Below are positions 51,130-64,000 of a DNA stretch of 64,000 nucleotides, one piece after another (positions within the stretch are counted from its first letter, which is position 1; each line of letters opens with the position of its first letter). The notes beneath the pieces were generated by a model. That model searched no databases, was not told where the DNA came from, and was given only the letters and a program-made list of their open reading frames with translations. The translations under genes were made by a program, and so were the position numbers. This DNA comes from the human T2T-CHM13v2.0 reference genome, Homo sapiens: NCBI RefSeq assembly GCF_009914755.1, contig NC_060934.1; one strand, given 5' to 3'.

Positions 51130-52325
51130 AAGAATGAATCTAAATGGGATAATGGCAGAAAGCCACTCAGGAATACAAAATGCAAATTATAAATAGGGAA
51201 ATGCAAATTAAAAGCACAATGACATACCCTTTCAAACCCACTAAAATAATAAATAAAAATGATAGACAATAACAAATATTGGCAAGGCTAAACTCACCTT
51301 AAATAGTTGGGCAATTTGTTTAAAAGTTAAATATAAATTTACCATACGACCCAGAAATTTCACTCCTAGATATCAATCCATGAGAAATGAAAACATATAT
51401 CCATACAAAGACCTCCATATGAATGTTCTTAGCAACCTTATTAACAGTAGCCAAAAATGGGAAACAACTGAAATGTCCACTGTGAACCCTGAATATCTGA
51501 GATAGGTCTCAGTTAATTTAGAAAGTTTATTTTGCCAAAGTTGAGGACATGTGCCTGTGAGACAGCCTCAGGAGGTCCTGATGACATGTGGCCAAGATAG
51601 AGCACAGTTTGGTTTTATACATTTTAGGGAGACATGAGACATAAATCAAATATATAAGATGAACACTGGTTTTGTCTGGAAAGGTGGGACAACTCAAAGC
51701 TGGGAGGGGGCTTCCAGGTCATAAGTAGATAAGAGACAAATGGCTGCATTCTTTTGAGTTTCTGATTAGCCTCTCCAAAGGAAGCAATCAGATATGCATT
51801 TATCTCAGTGAGTAGAGGGGTGACTTTGAATACAATGGGAGGCCGGTTTGCCCTAAGCAGTCCAGGCCTGACTTTTCCCTTTAGCTTAGTGATTTTGGGG
51901 CCCCAAGATTAATTTTCCTTTCACACCACCTACTGATGAATAGGTAGACAAAATGTGGTATATCCATATAATGTACTATTATTCAGCAAAAACACAAATG
52001 AACTACTGATATATGCTGTATATCATGGACAAACCTCAAAAACATTATGCTAAACGAAAGAAGCCAAACACAAGAGACCAATATTGTATGATTCCATTTA
52101 TATGAAATGTCCACATGAGACAAATCTCTAGAGACAGAAACTACATTAATTGTTGCCTGGGGTGGGGGAATAGGAATGAACAATTCATGAACATGAAGGT
52201 TCTTATTAGGGAGATAGAAGTGTTTTAAAACTGATGTACAGTAATAGATGCATAAATAGGTAAATTTAATAAAAATCATTAAATTGTATGCTTGAAGTGG
52301 GTGAATTATATGGTATGTTAAATAC
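51130..52325 (+). mobile_element. Old L1M 3' fragment split by an LTR insertion
   Basis: L1 3' motifs continue across 51481-51924. Confidence 0.75.
51481..51924. mobile_element. MER4-like ERV1 solo LTR
   Basis: tgtgaacc...tttcctttcaca, 4-bp TSD CCAC. Confidence 0.8.
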
Positions 52326-54050
52326 CTAACCAACAAACAAATGGAAACACATCCCATGTACATGGATGGGTAGATTCAATATTGTGAAAATGACCATACC
52401 GCCAAAAGCAATCTGTAAATTCAATGCATTCCCATCAAAATACCACTGTCATTCTTCACAGAACTAGAAAAAACAATCCTAAGATGCATATGGAACCAAA
52501 AAAGAGCCCACATAGTCAAAGCAAGACTAAGCAAAAAGAACAAATCTGGAGATATCACATTACCCGACTTCATACTATAAGGCCATAATAACCAAAACAG
52601 CATGGCACTGGTATAAAAAGAGGCACATAGACCAATGGAATAGAAGAGAGAACCCAGAAATAAAGTCAAACACTTACAGCCAACTGATCTTCAACAAAGC
52701 AAACAAAAACATAAAGTGGGGAAAGGATACCCTATTCAACAAATTGTGCTGGGATAATTGGCAAGCCACATGTAGAAGAATGAAACTGGATCCTCATCTC
52801 TTACCTTATACAAAAATCAATTCAAGATGGATAAAAGACTTAAATCTAAGACCTAAAACCATAAAAATTCTAGAAGATAACATTGGAAAAACCCTTTTAG
52901 ACATCGGCTTAGGCGAAGACTTCATAACCAAGAACCCAAAAGCAAATGTAACAAAGATAAATAGATGGGACTTAATTAAGCTAAAAAGCTTCTGCACAGC
53001 AAGATAATAATAATAATAATAATAATAATAGTAATCAGCAGAGTAAACAGACAACCCACAGAGTGGGAGAAAATCTTTGCAATCTATGCATCCAATGAAG
53101 GACTAATATCCAGAATCTACAGGAACTCAAACAAATTAGCAGGAAAAAAACAAACAGTCCCATCAAAAAGTGGGCTAAGGACATGAATAGACAATTCTCA
53201 AAATAAGATATACAAATGGCCAACGAACATATGAAAAAATGCTCAACATCACTGATTATCAGGGAAATGCAAATCAAAACCACAATGCAATACTACCTTA
53301 CTCCTGCAAGAATAGCCATAATCAAAAAAATAAAAATAAATAGATGTTGGTGTGGATGTGGTGAAAAGGGAACACTTTTACACTGCTGGTGGGAATGTAA
53401 ATTAGTACAACCACTATGAAAAACAGTGTGGAGATTCCTTAAAGAACTAAAAGTAGAACTACATTTGATCCAGCAATCCCACTACTGGGTATCTACCCAG
53501 AGGAAAAGAAGTCATTATACAAAAAAGATACTTACACACACTTGTTTACAGCAGCACAAGTCACAATTGCAAAATCTGCAAAAATATGGAACCAGTACAA
53601 ATGCCCATCAATCAACGAGTGGATAAAGAAAATGTGGTGTGTATACACACACACACAAACACACACACACACACACACCCACGAGGGAATACCACTCAGC
53701 CACAACAAGGAATGAAATAATGGCATTTGTAGCAACCTGGATGGAACTGGAGACCATTATTCTAAGTGAAGTAACTCAGAAATGGAAAACCAAATATCGT
53801 ATGTTCTCACTCATAAGTGGGAGCTAAGCTATGAGGACACAAAGGCATAAGAATGATACAATGAACTTTGGGGACTTGGGGGAAAGGCTGGGAGAGGGGA
53901 TGAGGGATAAAAGAGTATACATTGGGTACAGTGTACACTGCTTGGGTGATGGGTGCACCAATATCTCAGAAATCACCACTAAAGAACTTCTGCACGTAAG
54001 CAAACATCACCTGTTCCCCAAAAACTATTGAAATAAAAAATATTAAAATG
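52326..54050 (+). mobile_element. L1PB-like 3' fragment containing (TAA)n and (CA)n
   Basis: ORF2 C-terminal peptides 52744-53007 and 53216-53419; L1 3'UTR with AATAAA. Confidence 0.9.
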
Positions 54051-55566
54051 AATAAACATCATATATAATTTGGTTTATCCAGTAAATGACTAACTTTAAG
54101 AGAAATTCACAAATTGATTTTAAATGATTTAAATTTTTGTAACAAATTAGAATCCCTTATGCTTGATAAAACAATTAGTAAAACTAAGTAGAATCAAGTA
54201 ATCTTTTCTGCATTTTAGTGTTCCTGATTCTTTTGAGCAAATATAGAAGGCCTGAAGACAATTTCATTTTAGAGTTTAAGAATTTTTCAGAATTTGTTTG
54301 ATCCAAATCCCTCCATGTACTGGGGTCACTTGTGACAAGAAAAAAGAAAACCTTGACCATGGTCACATGGTAAGTCGGTAGCAGAACTAGACAAAAACTC
54401 AGCTCTCCTGATTTCTAATCTAATACTTTTTTCATTATCCCATGCAACCTCCCACATTTTCAGAACAGAAACAGAAAAATTAGAAGGAGAAAAGTAACCC
54501 AAACTCATAGGACTGTATCTTTTTTGGATTCCTACAAATACTCTTAAGCTTTGTTTCAGGAAGCAGTTACTTGGAAACAGTTTGATCCTTTCAGGTCTCG
54601 CTGTTAAGACTTATTAGGTAAGATCAGAGTAGTGTTTAGTCTAGAGTTCATTCCCCACTATTGAGACAAGGCCCTTCTGAACTCTACCCAGCATCCTGTG
54701 AATTATGAGGTTTTCCATAGATCAGAGTAGTGTTTAGTCTAGAGCTCATTATTCCTTACTATTATGAGGTTTTCCATAGATCAGAGTAGTGTTTAGTCTA
54801 GGGCTCATTATTTCCCACTATTGAGACAAGGCTCTTCTGAATGCTACCCAGTATCCTGTGAATTATGAGGTTTTCCATAACCTCATAATGGCTGGTGGGA
54901 AAAGTCCCTATTGCCAGCCCTAAGTGAGCTCCAAGTACTGTTCCTTCTAATCTTCTAGAGTAGCTCTTTCTCCAGCCTCAGGTACTTTCCTGAAATGCAG
55001 GGAAACCTTCTGCATTCCAGGAAAGTATCTGAGGGTTGGTAAAGAGTACCCTAGAATACTCTCCCTGGGCAGTACTCTCTTGTCCAGTGCTAGCTGCCTT
55101 GGTTTCCCAGGCGTCTCAGTTCTGTCCCCTTAACTTGGCAGTGACTTGCTCCATCATGATTCCCACTTTCTGCACCATGACCTGGAAACTCTCTCAAGGC
55201 AGCAAGCTGGAACATTTCTCAGAGATCACTGTCCTTCATTGCCTGATATCCAACTTCTTGGAAATTGTTGTTTCATATATTTTCTTCACTTTTTTTTTTG
55301 TTGTTTCAGGTGGGAGGGTTAATCTGGTCCCTGTTACTTCCTCTTATCTGAAAGCAGAAGTCCCAGTGGCGTCATTTTTTTTTTCTTACTCTGAAATCTT
55401 GGGTCTAACAACTCTCTCCTACTTTATGAATTGGCTAATAACAATTCCTTTTCTTTTAATAGCCTTTTCTTTTATCTGTTCTCATAATGAGAAGCACAAT
55501 TAAATGCTTATAAAGCTTTGGTAAGAGGTACTTGGCAAAAATAAACAATTTAAGTATGATGACTAC

Positions 55567-55990
55567 TGACAAAGACTCTCCTTAAGCAAAATTTAGTCAG
55601 GTTCCTTTGAGCCCATTTTCTACTAGGCCCGGTACTTGGGCCTTGTCCTCAAGAGCAAGAATCCTGTTAAGTCAGTTTTGTAAGAATCCCATCCTCATAT
55701 CTGACCTCCTTCAATATCTGATCAAATTCCTCATCCTCCATTGCCCCCGAGGTGTTGTCTGATCATCCTGGCCTGCCTTCAGCAAGAATCCTGTTAGGTC
55801 TGTTTAACCAGAATTACCTCTTACCTTGATGTTTCCTCCTAGGAATTTTCCATCCACCGACCCCACTCTGTTCCTTGGTATGAATCCCCCCTTATTCTTC
55901 TTCTTTTCAGAACTGAGCACAGTTCTATACTCAAGTCCCTTACTTTATTCCAATAGTTCCTGAGTAAAATCTATTTTTTACTGCTTTCTT
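55567..55990. mobile_element. ERV1-type solo LTR
   Basis: 'tgacaaagactctcc...ttagtcagg', repeated 'agcaagaatcctgtta'. Confidence 0.55.
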
Positions 55991-56485
55991 TACTGTCTAG
56001 CTCTGGTTTTAATACTATGTCTAATTTTACATAAAAATCCTTTATCACATATTCCACACTTTGAAACTCTAGCACTATCAACACCTAAGCTGAAAATGGT
56101 CTCTTATCCCTTAAAATTAAGGTTGTAAAAGTATTAAACTAAACAATAAAAAAAAAATCCACCTTGTTGTCATTGGCTCTAATTCTATATACTCCAAATA
56201 CAAACAACTGTAGTGATTATGTCCCATTTAAGATTCTCTGCATTCCCTTTCCACATATTGGGAATTATTTCTATAAAGGCAGTAAGCAGGGTCAATGAAA
56301 ACTTTAATCATTGCATTTTGGAGCCAAAGGGGACCTCAGAAAATCAATTTCTAATTGCTATCTTTGTGGAGGTCAAAAACTGAAGTCTTGAAAGAATTTA
56401 ACTGTCTTACTACTATATTATAGGAGACATGAGACTCAGTCATTATCCATCTTGAATTTTTAGTGATTTAAAATGTAGTATTATA

Positions 56486-56792
<307 letters not shown>

Positions 56793-57608
56793 ATTTAGTA
56801 TTACCATTGAACTCAACACTTGAAAAATGGTAGAACCATCCACATGCATAGTAAAACTACTATTTCCTTTGACTTAAATCTGGAACTTTAAAATATCAGA
56901 CTTTAAAAGTGCATTAGCTTTTTAATCACTGGCATCATACTGCATCTAGTAAAATTCCACTTTTTCATGTGAACTGCTAAGACAGATGCTTTCATATCTT
57001 GTCACTGCAATTTTTAGTTTTCTCATAAGGTCTAAGAATTATTTTCCTCTAGAGCAGGGTTTTAAAATTCTGCTCTTCGAAGTGTCCTTCTGCCCCTTAG
57101 TCTGTGGGTGGAAAGTGAAGGAAGGAGAATAATTATCATGTCAAGTGGACTAAGTCTGGATCCTCAATCCCCTGCTTCAACCAACCCAACTCCCCACTTA
57201 CCATATCTGCTTTATATAACGGGCTTCGGAGCAAGATTTAATTGAAAGATTTCTCTGTTAAAGTTCAAAAATTACTGTTGTAATACCCATCTCACTTACG
57301 TTTTTATTTCTTCCGTTTTCATCATATTGCTGTCTTTCCCTCCTTTTGTTTCTCTGTCCCTTTTTCACTTTTCCTATTTGCAACTATATTTCCTTCTAGT
57401 TATTTTGCTTTTTTAAAAGGATAAGTTCAGTGTTTTTTTTCCTCTTTGCACAACCAATGGTTTTTAGAAAAAGAATATTGTATGAGTATATGAAGGACTA
57501 AAAACATTGCTAAGAGATTATTCATGGGCAATTCTGAAATTAATATTAAAATAACCAAGAGAATATCTTAATTCACTTTCCAAGTGCAGTATTAAAAAAA
57601 AAATTCTT

Positions 57609-57923
57609 GCCAGGTGTGGTGCCTCACGCCTGTAATCCTAGCACTTTGGGACGCCGAGGTGGGCAGATCATCTGAGGTCAGGAGTTTGAGACTAGCCTGG
57701 CCAACATGGCGAAACCCCACCTCTACTAAAAATACAAAAATTAGCCAGGCGTGGTGGCGGGCGCCTGTAATCCCAGCTACTCAGAAGGCTGAGGCAGGAG
57801 AATCACTTGAACCCAGGAGGCGGAGGTTGCAGTGGGCCGAGATCACGCCACTGCACTCCAACCCGAGTGACAGAGCAGGACTCTGTCTTAAAAAAACAAA
57901 ATAACAACAAAACAAAAAACAAA
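57609..57923 (+). mobile_element. AluS
   Basis: Alu consensus with A/C-rich tail. Confidence 0.94.
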
Positions 57924-57974
57924 CTTTCTATTTTAAGACCTACCCATGATAACAATATACATTTGCAACTTTAC

Positions 57975-58106
57975 CTTAACTTCATAATATCTTGTGGTGT
58001 ATGTTAAATCAATAATTAATCCGAGCTCCTCATTTAGTGCTTTTATTGAGCTAATCAAGTCTTTTGGTATAAACTTCTGGGTTGGAGTAAGTCTCTGATT
58101 AACTGT
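57975..58106 (-). pseudogene. Intact exon of a DUSP11/PIR1-like RNA 5'-phosphatase paralogue (TVNQRLTPTQKFIPKDLISSIKALNEELGLIIDLTYTTRYYEVK)
   Basis: tttttcatttttcatcatag acceptor, AAG|gtaaag donor, 132 nt, phase 0-0, no stop; aligns without gaps to recalled human DUSP11 SFEKKLAPEECFSPLDLFNKIREQNEELGLIIDLTYTQRYYKPE (23/44 identical by my count). Confidence 0.85.
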
Positions 58107-58256
58107 CTATGATGAAAAATGAAAAATAAGGTTATAAAATACAGATAAAATGTTAACATTAAACATAGAACAAGGAAGAGAAAAAACATAAGACAATAAA
58201 AAGACTTGGTGAAAATGTCATAGCATAAGAATATTGACAAGCTTTTAACTAACTAG

Positions 58257-59025
<769 letters not shown>

Positions 59026-59351
59026 TAAGGAGAAGGAAAATATATCACTTTTAAAAGTGGAATTTCAATTGTTTTTCTTCTATACTCATATGTTTTCCAT
59101 TTTTTTTCTATTTCCAACAGAAACTTTCTGTAAATGCTACTGTCATTACAGGATAAACTTCAAATCTACTGTGATTCTTTAAGGCCGTATACACACAGAC
59201 TTATCCATATATTGAGTCTTACCTTTCACCACAGATCCCACCTGGAAACACTCTCCAGTCCAGCAGCTCTCCTTACAGTCCAACAAATACCTTAAGTTCG
59301 TTCCTCTTTCTGTGTCTTGTACCTTTCCTTAGGCTCCTTGACCATCTAAAT

Positions 59352-59565
59352 CAGGGTTTCTCAACTGGGCACTAATATTTGGGGTGAAACATTGTTGTGG
59401 GGCTGTCCTGTGCATCGTGGGACATTTAGCAGCACCCCTGGCCTCTGCATACTGAATGCCAAGAGCACCCCCTCCCCAGACCCTCCAAGTTATGACAATC
59501 AAACATGTCTCCAGACATTGTCAAATGTCTCCTGGTGGACAAAATCACCCTGGCATGACTCACTG
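59352..59565. mobile_element. MER20-like hAT relic
   Basis: 'cagggtttctcaac...tgtctccagacattgtcaaatgtctcctgg'. Confidence 0.75.
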
Positions 59566-60221
59566 AAACTAATGCTTTAAGTAATTAATGTAATATAGTC
59601 CAAGTACATAAGTCTGAGTGGTCCAGCTTGATCCATAGGGAGTGATGAATGGACTGCACAGTCTTTAAATGACCTTCTGCAATAATACTTCTTTCAGCCA
59701 AACTTCTGAGAAAAAGTTAGGAAGGACAATTCTAGATTCTACTCTCTCACAAGAATCTGATGTGCTGGTGTTTTATATTGCTTAAGAATGGATCCATACA
59801 AATTAGAGGCCCACAGATATGAAGAGCAAACCCACAGTATCTAGCACTTGGTAAGCAGTCACTATTTTTTCTTAAAGCCAATTAGACAATAAGGCTGGCA
59901 TCTTACTGAGCAAGATAAGAAACTAGAACTCTTACCTAGATAGAAGAGTTCCATCTAGAGGAAGACTTGATACTAGAGAACTTTTATATATCACCAATCC
60001 TAACTGCCCCTTGAGGCCACTCCTAATTTGCAAAGTAAAAGTATGTTATCAGTGTACTGAAGATAATTACGCAGGAGTATGCACACAGTTCATTTAAAAG
60101 CCGTAAATGGTTAGATTCACATTGAAAGGAATCCAGGATAGTCTTATTTTGCACTTTTAAAAATATGTATTTAATCTGCCACGATATCTGCTATCTGTAG
60201 TGTTATTAAAATGCAGGTTTT

Positions 60222-60516
60222 CATCATTCTCAGCAAAGTAACACAAGACGAGAAAACCAAACATGGCATGTTCTCACTCGTAAGTGAGAGTTGAACAATG
60301 AGAACACATGGACACAGGAAGGGGAACATCACACACCGGGGCCTGTGGGGGGGTGGGGGCTGGAGGAGGGATAGCATTAGGAGAAATACCTAATGTAAGT
60401 GACGAGTTGATGGGTGTAGCAAACTAACATGGCACATGTATACCTATGTAACAAACCTGCACATTGTGCACATGTATCCCAGAACTTAAAAAGTATAATT
60501 TAAAAAAAAAAAGAAG
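60222..60516 (+). mobile_element. L1PA 3' end
   Basis: L1 3'UTR; TSD aaaatgcaggtttt. Confidence 0.93.
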
Positions 60517-63148
60517 AAAAATGCAGGTTTTATAGAAACATCAGTTAACTGAAGTATATATTAAGTTTATGCGACTTATAACTAGTTACTGTCTACTAAA
60601 ACAAAGGTCAATGTAAGCTGTGCATAACAAAATATTAAATTTGACAGACCTTCCCACAAAATAGGTATACTACTGCTCTATAAATCTATAGATCAAGAAA
60701 ACTGATCTATAGATTGATTTATAGGTCAATAGTATGGCTATATTTGAATCTCACTTGCTTTTCATTAAGATAAAAGTGAATTGAGAAGCAAGCAAAATAG
60801 TGTTTTACTGGGCAACACTGGTAAATATCAGGGTCTAAATTTAATCTGAGGAACATAAAAATTCCTCAGATTATTTTGCAACTATTCATAATATGAAAAG
60901 TCAGATTTATGCAGAGAATCAAGATCCAATTACAGAGCAACTTAACATAAAAGCTCTATAAGCCACACACTTTTAAAAATGTATCAAAAGCAGGTACTAC
61001 CAAGAATATACAGTTGCTAAAATTGGGGAGGTAAATACTTTGTTCAACTCCAAATAATTGGTGACAGTATAAATTTCTTTAAGCCACATTCTTCTTGCCA
61101 GGAAAGAAGCTGGGTTTAAGGAAAACTCAGCTGCTTGCTACCGATTTGAGCTGGAAGAATGAGTCAAACTAACATTCACTTATGCAGCAGACAGCAACCC
61201 TGTTCACACCTTTGTCTTAAGTTAGGTGACGGGGCATCAACTACCCTTTAGGACACCTACAATTCCATGGTAAAATGTCAGCAATAAGCTGGGCCTTGTT
61301 CTCTTTTGGGGTCTCAGAGTGGTCTTACCCTCAACCACTAAATGTAAAAGAATCCCTTTGAAAATCACCCCCCAACTTTTGAAAATGAATGCTGAACTGA
61401 ATAGTATTTTTTTGGAGTGAGGTTTTGCTAAAGAATGAGCAATAATAAATTTAAGCTTCAATTACTTTTTGTGCTATTGCTATATAATTTTGAGTTAGTT
61501 CATTTTGTAAGTAACAAAGATGAAAATCACAAAAGATTTATTGAAAGCTGTTTATGGCAGCATATACTAAAACCTAGATGCAAAGACAGTTCCTTTCTCA
61601 TTTTGGAATCAGTATTTATTCTTTTCTACCAGCCCCCATCCCTGCCCATCTTTCTCTCTCTTCTTGTGTGTTTGTTTTGCAGGGGAAAGCAGAGGGGGAA
61701 GTAGAGACCTTTCTTTTTTTAGGTTAATACAGTGAAACTCCACTTAAAATGGACTTCCTGGATTCCCTTCCAGAGATTGGTTCAAAAACTCTGTGATGGA
61801 GTTCAGGAATCTGCATTTTAAATAAACACTCCTAATAACTTTGATGCTGGTAGTCCAAGAACAACACTGAAAAGCAAGGTGCATGGATAAGTAGAGTAGT
61901 GTTTTGCCAGGTGGAACAGTCCATTCTAGGCAGAGAACAGAAGTAAAGGCATGATGGCATCAATGTGCATCATGTGCCTGAGGAACAGGTGCTTAAGGTC
62001 CTTAACTTTGCTGGTCCTCAGTTTCTGCGTCTGATAAAAGAAGAGCTGACCTACATTGTTTTTGAGGTCCTTCCCAAAGTTAATATTTGATCATCACCCA
62101 AAGTACACAGGAATCATGGTTCACTGTTCACAGATGATACTGTGCTAATTGCTACTCATTTATTCAACAAACAAATGAAGAAATTCAGTGTCAGCCCTCA
62201 GTTTTTAGTCTGGTGGAGAGAGAGACAGATGAGTAATTACTATACAGTGCCATACAGAAGGAATTAGTGGTGGCATCACAAAGAAAGTAATGCTTGAGCA
62301 GAAACTTTATGGGGAAAAGTTGACAGGATTCCAGCAAGGAATGGCTCGTGCAAAGAAAACTACATGCTGTGACCAGGATACAGTTAATGGTTTAGCATGG
62401 TTTTAGCACAGTGTGCATGCTGGAGAATCGCAGAAAAACAAAGTTTTGGAAGAAAGGAGCTAGTTCATATATGTCAGGCAGAGCTCAGATTTTACTATAT
62501 GGAGGAACTGAAAGCAGGGGATCAGGTCTGCACTTTAGGAACACAGTTCTGGTGATAATATAATGAAAGAAACAAGAAGGAGATAACTGGGAGACAAGTT
62601 AGTTAGTCAGTGAATGTCAAGAGATGCTGGCTGCTAAAGCACAGCCATGAGGACAAAGACAGGCTCCAAAGAACAGCTATTCAGGCAGCAGAATTAACCT
62701 GCTGAATGTGTGTGGAATGACTTTAAAAAATGGAATTTCAGGATTGTTCTTAGTTTTCACTGGGGTGACTGAGCAGATACTGGCCTCATTCACGAAACAG
62801 GAAACACAGGGAATAAGTCTGGGGAGGGAAGGTTGGTTTTGAACTCTATACATTTCGGGTACTTTGGGTACTGGGGTAAGGGTGTCACCGTCAGGAGCTC
62901 AGGTAAGAAGTCCAGGCTAAAGAGAGATTTGGAGGTCATTTCCCTAAACTGGTGGTTGAAGCTAAGAGATTACTCATAGGGAACAACAGAAACTGAAAAG
63001 AGAAAAAGATCAAGGACAAAACCTTAAAGAGCAACAACTGCGGGAAGGGGGACAGAGGGAAAGGTTTGTTTATTTTTATGACAAACTTCAACATGTCTAG
63101 ATGCCAAGGAGAAGAAAATGACTACAAAAGCATAGAAAAGGTATTAGA

Positions 63149-63370
63149 GCAAGCTTGTCCAACCTGCAGCCCACAGGCTCCATGTGGCCCAGGACTGCTT
63201 TGAATGTGGCCCAAGACAAATTTGTAAACTTTCTTAAAACATTTTGAGAGTTCTTTGCAATTTTTTATTTTTTGAGCTCATCAGCTATCGTTAGTGTATT
63301 TTATGTATGGCCCAAGACATTTCTTCTTCTTCCAATATGGCCCAGGGATGCCAAAAAATTGGATACCCCA
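63149..63370. mobile_element. MER30-like hAT relic within L2 remnants
   Basis: 'caagcttgtccaacc...ttttatgtatggcccaagaca...ttggatacccc'. Confidence 0.75.
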
Positions 63371-64000
63371 CACTAGAGCAAGATCCCAGAGGAACTGGTA
63401 CTGCAAATTTAAAATAACCTAAGAGGTGGGAGAAGAATGGTAGAAACTGATGTTTGCGAAAACAATGAAACAAGGAAAGTTCAAGACTGGGAAATGGTCT
63501 ACAGAGCCAAGTGCAGAAAAGAAGCCTAAGAAGATATTTTGGGTTTGGCAATCACAAAGTCCTTGGTGGCATGATTAGGTGGCGGAAGCCAGAACTCTGT
63601 GGGTAGAAGAGTTAACAAGTAAGGGAAGGGAAAAAAAGATTACCTTTTTCTCTAAATGTGGCTGTAAAAAAGGAGAGAGAGAAGAAATCTGAGAATAATC
63701 CCAGTTGATGGTTTTTCTTTTTGTTTTTGTTTTGTTGGATAGGGCAGATAAAGCCAGGGGAGGGAGGTGGGGAAAGGGTATACTGAAGATAAAAAGGGAG
63801 GGTTAAATGATGAAATAAGGCCCCAGAGGAGACAGAATGAATGGGATCTAGGACATATATTGGATCATCTGTAGATAGAAAAAAAAAAAAGAAATAAATC
63901 AAACATACCTCTTCATCTGAGACAGGATATCTGCTGATGTTAAGTTGGCCTGGTGGTCAGTGTCACAGTATTCATGTCTGAGAGTCTCTGTTTCCTCTGA

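Noticed and set aside
56043-56089. Minus-strand LGVDSARVSKCGIC as a decayed P-loop exon
   Set aside because: Needs several substitutions and deletions, and its order conflicts with the neighbouring candidate.
56163-56227. Minus-strand GHNHYSCLYLEYIELEPMTT with the same GH-x6-Y(I/L)-x6-P spacing as recalled DUSP11 GHCLERQNYIEDLQNGPI
   Set aside because: Few identities, upstream part does not match, and none of the preceding exons is found before it; probably chance.
59223-59345. Minus-strand segment starting A TGG as the missing second DUSP11-like exon
   Set aside because: Translation lacks the expected GTRFIAFKVPL motif and the length does not fit.

Overview
Human genomic DNA (Alu/L1-rich) carrying the 3' part of ENTPD1 (CD39, ecto-apyrase) on the + strand: seven coding exons (1442-25482), including a GC-AG intron, plus an apparently ~10.9 kb 3'UTR that contains a complete antisense THE1 (MaLR) provirus. 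Intron 7 holds a 4.75 kb 5'-truncated, inactivated L1PA. The most interesting signal is on the - strand downstream of ENTPD1 and is almost invisible in the ORF track: remnants of an intron-containing gene related to the RNA 5'-triphosphatase DUSP11/PIR1. It has one intact 132-nt exon (57975-58106, ...NEELGLIIDLTYTTRYY...). Further decayed exons lie at 42808-42917, 38520-39853 (a ~1 kb repetitive exon hit by stops, frameshifts and an AluY) and 35616-35758, the last overlapping the ENTPD1 3'UTR tail-to-tail. I read this as a candidate unprocessed (unitary) pseudogene of a lost DUSP11 paralogue. Homology calls rest on recalled sequences, repeat subfamily names are by eye, and repeat boundaries are approximate. 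All need database confirmation.
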